Origin: a virus
Taxonomy: Duplodnaviria; Caudoviricetes
Length of the DNA: 64,000 nucleotides
Strand: one strand, 5' to 3'
IMG/VR virus record: IMGVR_UViG_3300033075_001674
Coordinates: 32,001-96,000 of that record
Shown here: piece after piece, positions 9,904 to 21,244 of the stretch
Layout: each line of letters begins with the position of its first letter
Numbering within the stretch: position 1 is the stretch's first letter
Notes under the pieces: model-generated
Database searches by the model: none
Told to the model about the DNA's origin: nothing
What the model saw: the letters and a program-made list of their open reading frames with translations, nothing else
Position numbers and translations under genes: made by a program

Positions 9904-10225
9904 TCCAGGGGGTCTGCTGCGCCAGGGCGATTTCGATGGCTTGGCCCAGGTTCCCCAGCCGCAGGAGGATCCCGGTATTCGGGTCGAACTCGGCGGAGCA
10001 GGCCGAGCAGGTGAGGGTGTAGCGAGGCAGGACGGATCCGGGGGTGTAGACGGAGCGGACTCCGGGGAAGGAGGGGGTACACCTACCCCCGCAGCGTGTG
10101 CAGGGTGTGTTTCGGATGAACACCTGCTCCGCGTTTCTTGTCGCCGCCAGCTCGTCGGGCGTGGTTCGGTGGCTCTCCAAGATAGACCGCAGCTCGTCTT
10201 CGTCCATCTCTTGGTATGCTGGCAT
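9884..10225 (-). CDS. zinc-ribbon hypothetical protein
   Basis: CTRCGG...CSAC..EFDPNTG; start at ATG 10225 with TACCAT 7 nt upstream. Confidence 0.65.
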   Translation of the reverse strand: MPAYQEMDEDELRSILESHRTTPDELAATRNAEQVFIRNTPCTRCGGRCTPSFPGVRSVYTPGSVLPRYTLTCSACSAEFDPNTGILLRLGNLGQAIEIALAQQTPWITPESD

Positions 10226-10232
10226 GAGCGAC

Positions 10233-11720
10233 ATGGTAGCAGCCTTCACGATCAACCAGGATGACGGGGCCGGGGCCGGCACGCTCAACCGTTCGCGGTC
10301 CGGGCTCTGGCGGGACCAGGAGGTGACGCTCGTCGCGGAACTCGCGGGAAGCTACGCCTGGTACCTGCTGGACAAGCCTGGAGGTAGCGCAGCGACGCTC
10401 TCCGGGGCATCCAGCGATACCGCGACCATCACCCCTGATGTGAACGGGACCTACATGATCCGGCTCGTCTGTGGCCGGAGCGTATCGGTCCGTGTGTTCC
10501 GGGTCACCAAGGACTCCGCTGGGAACAGGGACGGTGTGTGGGCGCTTCCCGCCTTCGGCGAGGGGCCCAACGACGACAACGAGGGGGGAAACGAGCGGGG
10601 ATCCACCCCGACGATGGAGGCCATCTTCACGGACATCTGGACCGGGAACTTCCCCGGGGTGGCGGGGTCCGGAAGCTCCAACTTCGTGATCTACACGCAG
10701 GGTGGGGTCGATCTCCTGGAGGGGGAGTACGGTACTTTCGCAGAGGCCCTCACCGCTGCGCAGGCTCTACCTGGGATCGTGACCCTCCTGGTCAACGGGG
10801 ACGAGGACCCCCCGGCGATCCCCGCAGGCACGCATAACCTGGAGCGGCGGATCCGGCTCGTCGGGTTCACCAGCCTCTCCACCGGGGCGATCGATCTGGA
10901 TGTGTCATCTGGCGGGCAGCTTCAGAACGCATTCCACGTCGAAAATCTAAACCTGGTGGGGGAGCTGGGAAACCCGCTCTTCGTCGTGAGCTCGGGGGTG
11001 CAAGACCTTACGTTCGTTCGTTCGGAGAGGAGCGATGTCCCAGAGGGCGACGACCTGATCACCCTGGGGACCGGGACCAACACGCTGCGGGCCATCGAGT
11101 CCAGCTTTTCAACGGACGGGCAGGCCATTGTCAGCCCCTCGCTAGGGAAAGATCTGGTCGTCATCGCGGAGCGGGACTCCTTCTTCAATACGGAGTGCTT
11201 CCACGGTACCGCCGGCGAGCTGTACCTACGGCGAGATGGCACCAGCGTCATAGAGGCTACCGGCTTCTCGGGGACCTTGGTTCAGCAGAGCGGGGCCACC
11301 CGTTCCTTTCGGTTTCAGGCACTGGCCGGGACGGTAGGGAGCGATCCGGCGGACGGCACCAGCTGGACTACGGTTGGGACCGTCTACATCGACCCCGACA
11401 CTCTCGCTAACCCCCAGTTCACCACTCGTTCCTGGCTCTTCCATGCGGACGTCGAGGTGGCGGAAGCGTCCGCCGGCACGGTGCAGTCGAAGGTGCGCCT
11501 GGTGGATGCCTCTCTCACTGCGTTGGGTACGATCACGAGCACGCTAGGTGGCGCCAGCACCTTCCCTCAACACCTCTCCGCGGTGCTGACCGCCGGGGCT
11601 AGCAACGGGCAAGTGCGGTCCACGGGGACTGTCTACCTGGTTCAACTGCAACGACAAGGCGGCTCCGTCGGGGATGTTGCCTTCGTTCACAACGCCTTCG
11701 TCGAGGTATCCTGGAGCTGA
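10233..11720 (+). CDS. virion structural/tail protein with N-terminal PKD-like domain
   Basis: YAWYLLDKPGGSAATLSG...TITPDVNGTYMIRL is PKD-like; beta-rich body. Start is either 10224 or 10233. Confidence 0.65.
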   Translation: MVAAFTINQDDGAGAGTLNRSRSGLWRDQEVTLVAELAGSYAWYLLDKPGGSAATLSGASSDTATITPDVNGTYMIRLVCGRSVSVRVFRVTKDSAGNRDGVWALPAFGEGPNDDNEGGNERGSTPTMEAIFTDIWTGNFPGVAGSGSSNFVIYTQGGVDLLEGEYGTFAEALTAAQALPGIVTLLVNGDEDPPAIPAGTHNLERRIRLVGFTSLSTGAIDLDVSSGGQLQNAFHVENLNLVGELGNPLFVVSSGVQDLTFVRSERSDVPEGDDLITLGTGTNTLRAIESSFSTDGQAIVSPSLGKDLVVIAERDSFFNTECFHGTAGELYLRRDGTSVIEATGFSGTLVQQSGATRSFRFQALAGTVGSDPADGTSWTTVGTVYIDPDTLANPQFTTRSWLFHADVEVAEASAGTVQSKVRLVDASLTALGTITSTLGGASTFPQHLSAVLTAGASNGQVRSTGTVYLVQLQRQGGSVGDVAFVHNAFVEVSWS

Positions 11721-11723
11721 AGC

Positions 11724-12671
11724 ATGCCCCTTCCATCACACGTAAAGACCTGGCAGTTCGAGAACAACGTCGCCATCGCCGCGCAGGGAAGCGCCGAGGC
11801 CTGTGTGGACGCGATGTGGTTGTACGTGAAGGACACCCTCATCAACTTCGCGTCTTCGCCGTGGACCGTGGTGTCCAGCAGCGACGGTGTGACCTCGGGC
11901 GCATCTGACCTCTGGATTGACGCTGGGGACCTCGTTCACCACGGAACCACCCGCTCCTGGATTGTTCTGGAGCAGGTGGGGATGGGGGGCGGCAACTTCC
12001 AGATCTGCATCGACTTCAACTCCTCGACGGCCCACTTCGGTACCGTCGTCATCTCCGCCAACGCGGGCTTCACGGGGGGTTCAACGACCGCGCGCCCTAC
12101 GGCCACCGATGAGTACGTGCTCCTCTCCGTGGCGCAGATGGTGAACCTCTCTTCCGACGTGGGCATACGGTTGTCGATCATGCAGTCGTCAGACGGGCAA
12201 TGCACTCGGATCCTCATGGCCCATACCGGGGCTGTGCGTCTGACGGTGTGCCTGGAGACGCCGCACGAGACGTCTACAGGGTGGAACTACCCCCACGCAG
12301 TTCTTTGGCTTCCGAGCACGGCCACAACGCTGTCAGACCTCGTCGCGACCTACAACTGGAAGGCCCGCATCAACTCCACCAACGCGGTGGCAGTGTCCCT
12401 GGTGGAGGGGTTCTCCACGTACACGGGTCCGGCGGACACCACCTGGGGTAACATCGCGAACGAGGTCAGCGGGGAGTGGCCCATGTGGCCCTTCGCATTC
12501 GCATCGAGCACCGTGGGGGTGCGGGGGCGCCACGGCGCTTTCACTGACCTGCGGCTATGCTCCAGCGCTACTTCAGCGGCAGACACGTACCCCGCTGATG
12601 CCAGCAGGGTCTGGGTCAACTGGGGGGCGCTCATCATGCCCTGGGACGGAGGGGCGGTGAACCTGTCATGA
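11724..12671 (+). CDS. tail-associated structural protein
   Basis: Trp/Ser/Thr-rich beta-type protein within the tail cluster; SD GGAG. Confidence 0.55.
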   Translation: MPLPSHVKTWQFENNVAIAAQGSAEACVDAMWLYVKDTLINFASSPWTVVSSSDGVTSGASDLWIDAGDLVHHGTTRSWIVLEQVGMGGGNFQICIDFNSSTAHFGTVVISANAGFTGGSTTARPTATDEYVLLSVAQMVNLSSDVGIRLSIMQSSDGQCTRILMAHTGAVRLTVCLETPHETSTGWNYPHAVLWLPSTATTLSDLVATYNWKARINSTNAVAVSLVEGFSTYTGPADTTWGNIANEVSGEWPMWPFAFASSTVGVRGRHGAFTDLRLCSSATSAADTYPADASRVWVNWGALIMPWDGGAVNLS

Positions 12672-12946
12672 CGGATCGAGCTGGCGGCGACATGGCGCGC
12701 TCCGACTGGGGCGGTTCTGCCCTGGGCGGTAAGGGGTCGGTGCTGCCGGGCGGAGACGCATCGAACGTCCCTCTTCCGCCCAGCGGATCAACGACCAGGT
12801 ACAAGATGCGAGCGCTGAACAGCCTGGGGGCCCTCGTGTCCTGGACCGTCAACGACGCTCCCGACACCGACGCAAGCGAGTGGGTAGGCGGAAACACGCC
12901 CTTGACCGAAGTCAGCGTGGCCGCTAGCTGGGTCGTGACCGTATAA
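12668..12946 (+). CDS. small hypothetical protein in tail cluster
   Basis: ATGA overlap with the upstream stop; ends TAA. Confidence 0.6.
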   Translation: MTDRAGGDMARSDWGGSALGGKGSVLPGGDASNVPLPPSGSTTRYKMRALNSLGALVSWTVNDAPDTDASEWVGGNTPLTEVSVAASWVVTV

Positions 12947-12985
12947 GAGCTGCCGACCGGGGGCGGGCTACAGTACCCTGCCGGA

Positions 12986-15900
12986 ATGGCAACGACCTGC
13001 TCCTCTCTGCTGGCTTGGGGCTCCTCCTGGGGGTTCGGGTGGGGAGGCCCGTCCTTCACGATCGGCGGCCCGCTGCCCAGTGAGGACCCGTTCACCGACT
13101 TCTGCGTGTGCGGGTCCGCCACGCAACAGCTCGCTTCCTTCGCTGAAGTCACGCTGACCCCTGGGGATGTGGATCACGGGGCCCCCAACGCCGACGGCAG
13201 CTACCGACTCAAAAGCGACGATGGCACCCCCTCGGTCGCCTTCTTCGACAAGGCGGTGGGGGAGAAGTCCACCCTGGAGATCGTGTTCAGCGTGGAAGGG
13301 GAGGCCAAGGACCTCGGCACCACCCAGCAGGCCATGTTCGTCGGGCTGTACGACGACGCACTCTCCTGCGCAGGTCTATTCCTGAGCCCCGCGGGGATCG
13401 CCTACGGGGCTAGCTACGACGACAGCCCCCTGGTCATCCCCAGCTCCGAAGGGCTCATCGTACCCGAGACCACGTACGCCCTTCGGATCGTCGTGGACAA
13501 CGATGTGCGAGCGGTCTTTGTTTACCTCTCCGACTTCGAGTACGCGAAACAACACGGCCCGAAGCTGAAGTTCGTGCTCCCCCTGCTCGACTCCCTGACC
13601 GCCCCTCTTCATGAGGAGGGGGCGTACGTAGCAGTTCTGGGCACGACCTACAGCGTGGAGATCGCGATCCAGTCCATCTGCATGGCCCCGGCCTCCCTCG
13701 TCGACAACTTCCCACCCACGGCAGATCCCGGGAAGGATGTTCGGAGGCTCGGGTTGGCCCCCTTCCGGCTCGACGGGAGCGGGAGCAAGGACCCCGAAGG
13801 AGGCCCCCTCTCCTATGAATGGCGAGCCGTGGCTCTCCCGCCCCTAAGCGCCCACCAGAGCTCCGGGCAGGACGGCCGCACGTTGGCCAGCGTCAGCGGG
13901 TACACCGACAAGCTCTACACGCTTCACGCCGAGGCCGGGGACGACGCCTTCAGCTACTCCGCAGGGGACATCCTGCGCGTGGGGGAGGTGCTCGCTACGA
14001 TCGTGATCGCAGACTCCGATGGGGACGGGGCTTTCTTCCAGGTCACGGAGGAGGTACTGCCGGCGGAGCTCTCGGACGCCCCCTTCCTCCTCATCCGGCA
14101 GGATGGATTCACGGACGCGACGGTGGAGAAGCCCTTGTACTCCCCGGACACGTACGGAGTGCATCGCTTCCAGCTCCGGGTGAGCGACGCCGCCTTCTCG
14201 TCCGACTGGACCTCGCAGATCACGGTGATCCAGCGGAGGGAGACTGCGACAGGTGTTGTGCCTGATACGTCACACCTCTGGACGTACCTGTCGGATACCT
14301 GGGGGCTCCTCGAAGACGCAGGCCGCATCGAGACGTTGTGGTCGTCGGTGGCCCAGGTCCTTGGCGGGGAGATGCTACGTATGCTGCAGGTAGCGGCGTC
14401 GTCCAGCCTGCAGACCATCCCCCGACGGATCGTGCGTAAGTGGTTGAACTACGATCTGCTCCTCCGGGAGCCATTCATGGAACTGACCCGGTGCGAAGCG
14501 AGGTTCTCCGGGGCGGTGTCCGAGGCGCTGGACTCCAAGGGTCTCGACTACGAAGGCGAGACCCTGGTCGTCTACATCCCTGGTCGCACCGACCTCGTGA
14601 CGGTGACCATACCCGCAGGTGACACGCCCCAGGCGCTGGCGACCGCTCTGCAGACCGAGCTGGACTCCGCAACCAACGGCCTCACGGTGACCGCTCAGAA
14701 GAAGGCCCCCAGCTCCTGGGAGCTGTTGCTGCTTGCCCCCTTCCCTTTCATCGTCGTGGCGGGAACCACCGCCCTCTTCACTGTGGGCGATGCCAGCTCC
14801 CCCCTGAACGGCACCGGGGCGGAGCGCATCGACGCCTACACGCTCAAGGTGGGGGTGTCCCTGCTCAATCGGGGGGTAAAGAAAGGGGACCTCCTCAGCG
14901 TAGAGGGCACCGTGGTGCAGGTGAAGAGCCTGCAGGACAACTCCGCTGACCTGTACCGCTTCCAGCGCATCCAGACGGTGGAGGCTCTCCCGCCCTACGC
15001 CGACTCCTGGGAGATCCTTCTGAAGTGCACCTCCCCCCAGCTCAACTTCTGGGGAGGAGGGGTCGTCGCGGGGGACCTGGCGATGGTGAGCGTGAACGGG
15101 TCGCTCATGCGTACCCCCGTCGTGGGCCTCGTGGAAGCGCAGCCATCCGTGTTCGGACTGACCCTCGACGAGAGCCTGGCTGATCTGCTGGGGGCGGAGG
15201 GGAGCAACCTCTACCTCTGGGGGGTGTACCGCCGGTCCTACCTGCCGATCGGGGATGAGGTCGTGTCGGTGCCCACTCTCTCGGTGAACCCCTGGGAGGC
15301 CCGGGAGGTAAACATCCTCCGGCAGCACGTGGACTACTGGATCGATACCTTCCGGGACCAGAAAGTGCTGGCGTTCCGGAGCGGCCTGTTCACCGACGGG
15401 CTGACGACGATCACCACCCCCAGGCTGTGGGCGGAGGACACGCAGCTCGACAACAGCGCAGCGATCGAGGCGAACTTCGGGCTCACCGTGGGGTTGAAGC
15501 GCGAGGATCTGAACGAGGTCAACAACATCGACTACCTCTCTGCGGTGCGCGGGCTGTGGTTCGCTCGGGCCAAAGGGCCTCGCATCGGTAACCTTCGGAT
15601 CGCAGCGCAGATTCTCTTCGGTCTGCCCTTCGCGGAGGAGCGTGGGGTCGTGCAAGAGATCGACCCAAACTACACGCAGGACAGGGGTCGAATCCTCCTG
15701 GCTGACAAGGCCAACCCGGACAACGTGCGGAGCTACACCTACCCCTCCACTCTGAGCGTGGAGGTCAACCCGTCCACCCGGAAGACGTACGTGGTCGGGG
15801 ACGAGGTGGCCCAGTTCGCACCGCTGGTGGAGGGGGTGTCCATCACGGACAACACCAAGAACCCTGCCTGGGCGGACCCCTACGTCTCCCAGGGGGCCCT

Positions 15901-16891
15901 GTCCCGTCTGGAGACCACCCACCTCTACCTGGTGGAGGCGGATGTCACGGCGTTCAACCTCTCCAGCTTGCTGTTCGTCTCGAACTTCCTGCAGCGCATC
16001 TCCCCTGCGCGCACCAAGCCTCTCTTTCTGGTGCGTATGCGCGACCTGACTCCCGACACCGTGGACGTCGAGGATGCCCTGGAGATGACCGGGGTCCTGG
16101 AGCTCTACGAGAGCCCCTACACCAAGCCCTTCTCCTACCCTCTGGACGACATCCCGAACCTGGGGGAGCGAGAGGGGTCGGCCGCTATGTTTGATCAGCC
16201 TGACCCCTCTCCCCCCTGGGTTCTCACAGATCCCCTCGTAGGGGCGTCCCAGAGCAAGTTCGACACCGACATCGACCCTGCTACGGGGGCCCCCGCCACC
16301 TCCGACGACTCTACCCCCTGGGGGTGGGACACCGCCGCCCTGTCGCCGGAGAGCTTGGTGAGCGCGAAGCTCAGCTACGTCCACGCCGGAGGGAATATCC
16401 CAGCAGACCTGGAGGCAGAGCTGCGGGTGGATCAGCCGTTGATGGTAGGAGAGACGCTCCTCTACGGGAGGTCCTGGGTCCCGGCCTTCGGAGAGCTCGG
16501 CTACCAGCTCGGGGGACCGGTCACCTCTGTGGCGCCCCTGTCCGTCGACGCGGCTGAGCTGCGGATCGTAGGGTGGCCCTCTGCGTCCACCTTCGACTAC
16601 GTGGTGAAGATCTTCGTGAACTCGGTCCTGGTATCCACCCTGGAGGTAACCCACACCGCCGACGGTACCTCTCGCTGGTACTGGGGTCCTTCCCCGGCGG
16701 GGGCTACGCTTCCCGGGGGAGGGTTCAGCGTGTCTCCGGGAGATGAGGTCCGAGTCGGCATCTACGCCACCACGGAGGAGCGTTCTCGCCAGAGGCTCAG
16801 GCTCGTCTCGCTGACCCTTGGGGAGGGCGCCTCCTGGACATCCGGGGGACCGCTCGCGGCGGACACCTACGTAATCCACAGAGGTCTGTTA
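12986..16891 (+). CDS. large baseplate/tail protein with PKD-like domain
   Basis: PTADPG...LDGSGSKDPEGGPLSYEW is PKD-like; NFG..VG...YLSAVRGLW...GP...N......GLP resembles baseplate wedge proteins. Ends at TTA 16889-16891 if TTA is stop; standard-code end is 16945. Confidence 0.7.
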
Positions 16892-16902
16892 GGATGCCAG
16901 GC

Positions 16903-17577
16903 ATGCGGCCCAACACCACGGTGCGCCTCGCCAGGAGCAACTTGACGCTCACCGCTTACAACGAGCGGGGTAAGCGCGTCGGGTGGCGCAAGGGGCACAA
17001 CATCTTCCTGACCCTGGGGAGGACCTGGCTCCCCGACCTGGTGAGCTACTCCGCCCTCCCTGCGGGTACCCCGCCCCCTGTGGGGCCCGTTACCCGCACC
17101 GACTCCCGTGGGGTCCGGTACATGGGCCTGGGCATCGGAGGCGATCGGCAGAGCAACCTGGCCCTTGCCGATGCCTCTCCGCTGGTCGATCACTACCCGG
17201 GCACGAACGTCCAGACCGACACAGACCCCGGGGTGGTTGCGCTGGAGCGCCCGGTACGGATCACCGCGGCCACCCCAGGCAGCCCTGCGCTGCCCCCGGG
17301 TTACGACGCGGGGGACGTGTGGCTAGGGCAGATCGCTGCGCCACCCACCAAGCCCAACGCGACGACGGTGAGGTTCTCCCGCCTCTTCACCTCGGGGGAG
17401 GTGGCCTTCGGCCCCTTCACGTCGGTCCCCATCTCGGAGATCGGGTTGTTCCTTCACAGCGACAGCGCGACCTACATCTACACCTACAACAACGCGCCGT
17501 TCGCCTACGACACGTTCGACACCTTCCACATTCGCTCGGGGTTCGGCGTGCTTGCCGAGTGGGAGCTGAGGTTCTGA
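16903..17577 (+). CDS. baseplate/tail collar protein
   Basis: HNIFLTLGR...YMGLGIGG...ISEIGLF...YDTF...WELRF pattern. Start at 16903 (leaderless candidate) or 16894. Confidence 0.65.
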   Translation: MRPNTTVRLARSNLTLTAYNERGKRVGWRKGHNIFLTLGRTWLPDLVSYSALPAGTPPPVGPVTRTDSRGVRYMGLGIGGDRQSNLALADASPLVDHYPGTNVQTDTDPGVVALERPVRITAATPGSPALPPGYDAGDVWLGQIAAPPTKPNATTVRFSRLFTSGEVAFGPFTSVPISEIGLFLHSDSATYIYTYNNAPFAYDTFDTFHIRSGFGVLAEWELRF

Positions 17578-17578
17578 C

Positions 17579-19852
17579 ATGCCGTTCTACCGACACGCAG
17601 CGCCTACCTGGTACGGCGCCGGGACCATCAACCCCTCCACCACGACACCTACCGTTCTCGGCAGCGGGGAGTCCTACATCTTCTGGAACGTCGCTGCGAG
17701 TGGGGCGGGCGGCGCCCCCCAAGGCACCCAGGTGGACAGCGGGGCCTCGCGCTACACCTTCGGGGTCGCTTTCGGGGAGAACGCGGAAGCGCTGTCGGTC
17801 AACAGGGGGTTCAAGGCCCTGTTCCAGAACACCGACTACCTGGACGAGGTGGTGCAGGCGGACCGGGTGCGCGCAGTCACGATCCCGGTGACGTTTGCGA
17901 CCGACACGACCGACCTCACTCTGCCCGCAGACATCTACCTCGGGGCTCTCGGGGCCTCGCTCACGGAGGACCACCTCAAGAACGTTCTCCGCCTGCTCAC
18001 CGAAGAGGGGGTGGAGCTCGTCGACTTCGCCACGTCCACCTTGATCGCCCCGCAGTCTTGCTCGGAGGCGACCTCCCCTCTCTACTCCGCTGGAACGGAG
18101 GTGATCACCTTCGCCGCCGAGGTCCCCGCAGGGGACTACTTGCTGCTCTGCTACGAGCGGGTCAGCTACGCCCAGGCGAGCCGGGAGATTCTACGCCCAC
18201 CGTACCTGAACGCCCTTGCGGGGCTGGATGGCAGAGTTCAGCAGCTCTTCTCGGTCATCCGGGGAGACACCCTGGACCTGGATGCTGCAGTACCGGCCTC
18301 GCTGAGCGTGCTTCTCCGCCGAGGTGTGAACGGGGTGTACAGGTCCGGGTCCACCGCAGCCAGCGTGCCAGCTGAGCTCGTGGACTACTACCCTGCGGTA
18401 ACGGAGACGGATACCGCGGGAGCGGGTGCTTGGTTCCTGCGAGACGGGCCAGCGCTTACCGGCCTCTCCGAGAGCGACCTCTCCGCGGGGGAGCATCTTC
18501 GAGACCCTCTGGGCTCCATGTGGTGGAGCCGGCTGAAAGACACCGACCCGGGCAATGGCACCGGCATCCACCAGTTTGTGGGTGGAAGCCGAGGGTTCGT
18601 GGTGACCTCTGCCACCCCGCTCTCCACAAACGCCGGCAGCATGAACGGAGCCGCTGCCATCGATGCGTTCGCTGCGTTCGTGGAGTCGAACAACTCCCAC
18701 AGCAGCGATACGTACACGCCCACCAAGCTCGCCCTGCCGCTACTTTGCGATCTGCAACGAGTCACCGGCGACGACTTGGTGACCATCTCGGGCGGCAACT
18801 GGTTCACCAAGACCATCTCCCTGGTAGTCCGGTCGGCGCTCTCGGTGGGACAGACCCTGATTGAGATCGAGTGGTCCAACCCCTCGGACCTCCTGGCCCC
18901 CGGTTCGGACCAGCGAAGGGTCTACCGCATCAAGGAGATCGTCAGCGCCACGCAGATCAAGATCATGGCGGTGGACGGGAGCGATGTCGGCCTCCCGGCC
19001 TCCCTCACCTCCGGGACGATCATTCGCTACTACACCCCTACGTTCCTGGCTACCGCAGGCAGCGGTGCAGTGCAGGCCCTCAAGGGCAACCTCAGCAACG
19101 CAGTGCTGGATGCTGGGGTAGTCCTGATGCTGGTGCCTCCGACGGCGTCCTATGACGCGGGCGATGCGGTGCTATTCAAGTCGGCGTATGCAGGGGCCAG
19201 CAGCACCGGGTCCGGAGCCCTCGCTTTCGAGTGGGGGGGCTACGAAGCCAGCGGCGGAGCAAGCTCCGCTTTTACCTACAAGCGCTTGGGCTCTCTGCGG
19301 GGGGATGGGAGCATCGTCCCCACCAGCATCACCTCCGCGAGCGGAACGTTCACCACCCTGGTGGCCCCTACCGCGTACCTCACGACCGTCTCGGCGACGA
19401 CCCTTACCGCCACGACGGGTACTGTCTCCACGCTGACGTCGACCACGGCGTCGATCACCAACGCCCTCCCCTTCGGCCTGCGCATACAGCAGCAGCGGAA
19501 GAAGGTGACGGATCTATCCTCGGTGACCGGCACCGTAGCCATAAATCTCACCGCCATCCTCTACGAGAACCAAGTTGCCAAGGTGGTTTTCTCGGGAACG
19601 GCCTCTCTCACCACCATCACGCTGTACCCCTTTGAGGGCACCCCTGGGTACACCTTCGAGGTGTGGTTCGATCAGCAGACCGCTGCTGCGCAGATCGCCA
19701 ACAACTCCACGACCTGGCCCAGCTTCCTCAAGTTTCGGTCCGAGGCAGACAAGTTGCTGACCGGTGAGGTCGGCTGGATCGACATCTTCACTTTCAACGT
19801 GCTGGCCGTAAACAAGGTCGAAGTCAGCGTTCGCAGGATCAAGGTGAGCTGA
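17579..19852 (+). CDS. putative tail fibre protein
   Basis: N-terminal FGE...VNRGFKAL..NTDYLD anchor-like segment and Thr-rich repeats (VSATTLTATTGTVSTLTSTT); position after baseplate genes. Confidence 0.6.
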   Translation: MPFYRHAAPTWYGAGTINPSTTTPTVLGSGESYIFWNVAASGAGGAPQGTQVDSGASRYTFGVAFGENAEALSVNRGFKALFQNTDYLDEVVQADRVRAVTIPVTFATDTTDLTLPADIYLGALGASLTEDHLKNVLRLLTEEGVELVDFATSTLIAPQSCSEATSPLYSAGTEVITFAAEVPAGDYLLLCYERVSYAQASREILRPPYLNALAGLDGRVQQLFSVIRGDTLDLDAAVPASLSVLLRRGVNGVYRSGSTAASVPAELVDYYPAVTETDTAGAGAWFLRDGPALTGLSESDLSAGEHLRDPLGSMWWSRLKDTDPGNGTGIHQFVGGSRGFVVTSATPLSTNAGSMNGAAAIDAFAAFVESNNSHSSDTYTPTKLALPLLCDLQRVTGDDLVTISGGNWFTKTISLVVRSALSVGQTLIEIEWSNPSDLLAPGSDQRRVYRIKEIVSATQIKIMAVDGSDVGLPASLTSGTIIRYYTPTFLATAGSGAVQALKGNLSNAVLDAGVVLMLVPPTASYDAGDAVLFKSAYAGASSTGSGALAFEWGGYEASGGASSAFTYKRLGSLRGDGSIVPTSITSASGTFTTLVAPTAYLTTVSATTLTATTGTVSTLTSTTASITNALPFGLRIQQQRKKVTDLSSVTGTVAINLTAILYENQVAKVVFSGTASLTTITLYPFEGTPGYTFEVWFDQQTAAAQIANNSTTWPSFLKFRSEADKLLTGEVGWIDIFTFNVLAVNKVEVSVRRIKVS

Positions 19853-20454
19853 TGGAGTTCAGGAACCCACGTGACACCCGGGCCGTATTCGAGCATACCG
19901 GCATAACCCCCACGGCACCTGGCTCCCTCCTATCGAGGGGGGAGCCGGGTCGACCCCACTCCTGGGTAGGGAACCACGTCACCCTCCAGTGGAAGGTCAC
20001 GATACCCGCGATGGCACCCGGAGCAGATGCCGACTTTTCCGGCGCATACCCTGACAAGGCGTTCGTCCACGGGTCGGACCCCTGGCTGGAGCTGTTCGAT
20101 TACGGAGGCTACCCGCTCCTCATCACGGGGGCCTACGTCATGTCCGCGGCCAACCTCGGGTTGGCCTCACCGGGAACGTTCGCGGACATTGGGCTCGGAC
20201 TGCAGGCATTCAGCTCTGATCTCGCCGATAAAACGACGCACTGGTACGAGTTCGGCGGAGCTCAGCTCGACCCCACGGCGGGAAGCCAGTACACGGCAGC
20301 GCGCCTATCCACGAACCTGCAGGGCACCTTGCCCTTGCAGTACACGTTCCCCAAGCTGGGGTTCCGTGCCACCAACCTAGACGGATCCCCTTCCCTATCT
20401 GGGCAGGTCCTCATCGTGGTAGAAGCCCTTGAGTGTGGGCAGCCTTACCCATGA
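19852..20454 (+). CDS. hypothetical protein (tail-associated)
   Basis: TGATG coupling with the fibre gene. Confidence 0.6.
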   Translation: MEFRNPRDTRAVFEHTGITPTAPGSLLSRGEPGRPHSWVGNHVTLQWKVTIPAMAPGADADFSGAYPDKAFVHGSDPWLELFDYGGYPLLITGAYVMSAANLGLASPGTFADIGLGLQAFSSDLADKTTHWYEFGGAQLDPTAGSQYTAARLSTNLQGTLPLQYTFPKLGFRATNLDGSPSLSGQVLIVVEALECGQPYP

Positions 20455-20765
20455 TCGCCGACATCCTCCCCCTCATCCTCAGCGGGGTGGCCGTGCTACT
20501 GGGGCTCCTCTCTGGGGTCGCCTACCTGTCCAGGAAGGGCGGAACCCCGGGACCTGCTCCCGCTCCCCCGGTGCCGTTGCCGGACGTGAAGGTCGTCGAG
20601 AAGGAGATCCGCATCGAGGAGAAGGCCCGCGAAGAACGCGGGGCCCTTGAAGAGAAGCTGCGGGAGAGGGAGGCCCAGGACAAGGCGAAGGTGGAGGAGA
20701 AAGCGAAGGAGGCTGGTACTCTGGAGGAGATCGTCGAGTTGCTGAAGGAGGCTGGGAAGCGATGA
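20451..20765 (+). CDS. N-terminally anchored coiled-coil protein (i-spanin-like candidate)
   Basis: ATGA overlap; N-terminal TM helix, Pro linker, Glu/Lys-rich helix. Confidence 0.5.
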   Translation: MIADILPLILSGVAVLLGLLSGVAYLSRKGGTPGPAPAPPVPLPDVKVVEKEIRIEEKAREERGALEEKLREREAQDKAKVEEKAKEAGTLEEIVELLKEAGKR

Positions 20766-21226
20766 AGCTACGAGATCTAGTGGCCAAGTACGCCAACGAC
20801 GACGAGGAGGAGGAGCTGCACCCGGACTGGGAGCACACCTTCGAGCGAATGCGCCGCCGCACCCCCGACGCAGCGGAGGCGCGCTTCGCTCGCAAGAACC
20901 CCGCGCTCTGGGCGCTGAGCCGGGCCTTCAAGGGCTCGCGCAAAGAAGCCGCGGAGAAGCTGGAGAAGGCAGCTGCCATCCTCAAGGAGGGCGGTTCCTG
21001 GGAGCAGAGCGGGGGAGGAGCGACCCAGGGGGTCTACGCGATGACCCCCGGGGCCCTGAACATCCCCAGCAGCGGGCTCGGCGGCATGCCGACCATGAAC
21101 GCCCTCGTCGGGATGCAGATGCGACCCACGCTGGGAGGCATGCAGCCCATGTTTGGTGGCGGTGGCCAGGGTCTCGTCAACGCCTACAGCTCGATGGCGC
21201 GCGGCGGCTCCCCGGTTGGCTGGTGA
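20762..21226 (+). CDS. hypothetical protein (possible internal virion protein)
   Basis: ATGA overlap; leader MKLRDL shared with the 35195 ORF; Gly/Met-rich tail. Confidence 0.6.
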   Translation: MKLRDLVAKYANDDEEEELHPDWEHTFERMRRRTPDAAEARFARKNPALWALSRAFKGSRKEAAEKLEKAAAILKEGGSWEQSGGGATQGVYAMTPGALNIPSSGLGGMPTMNALVGMQMRPTLGGMQPMFGGGGQGLVNAYSSMARGGSPVGW

Positions 21227-21244
21227 AGCGGGGATAAGAGTCGG

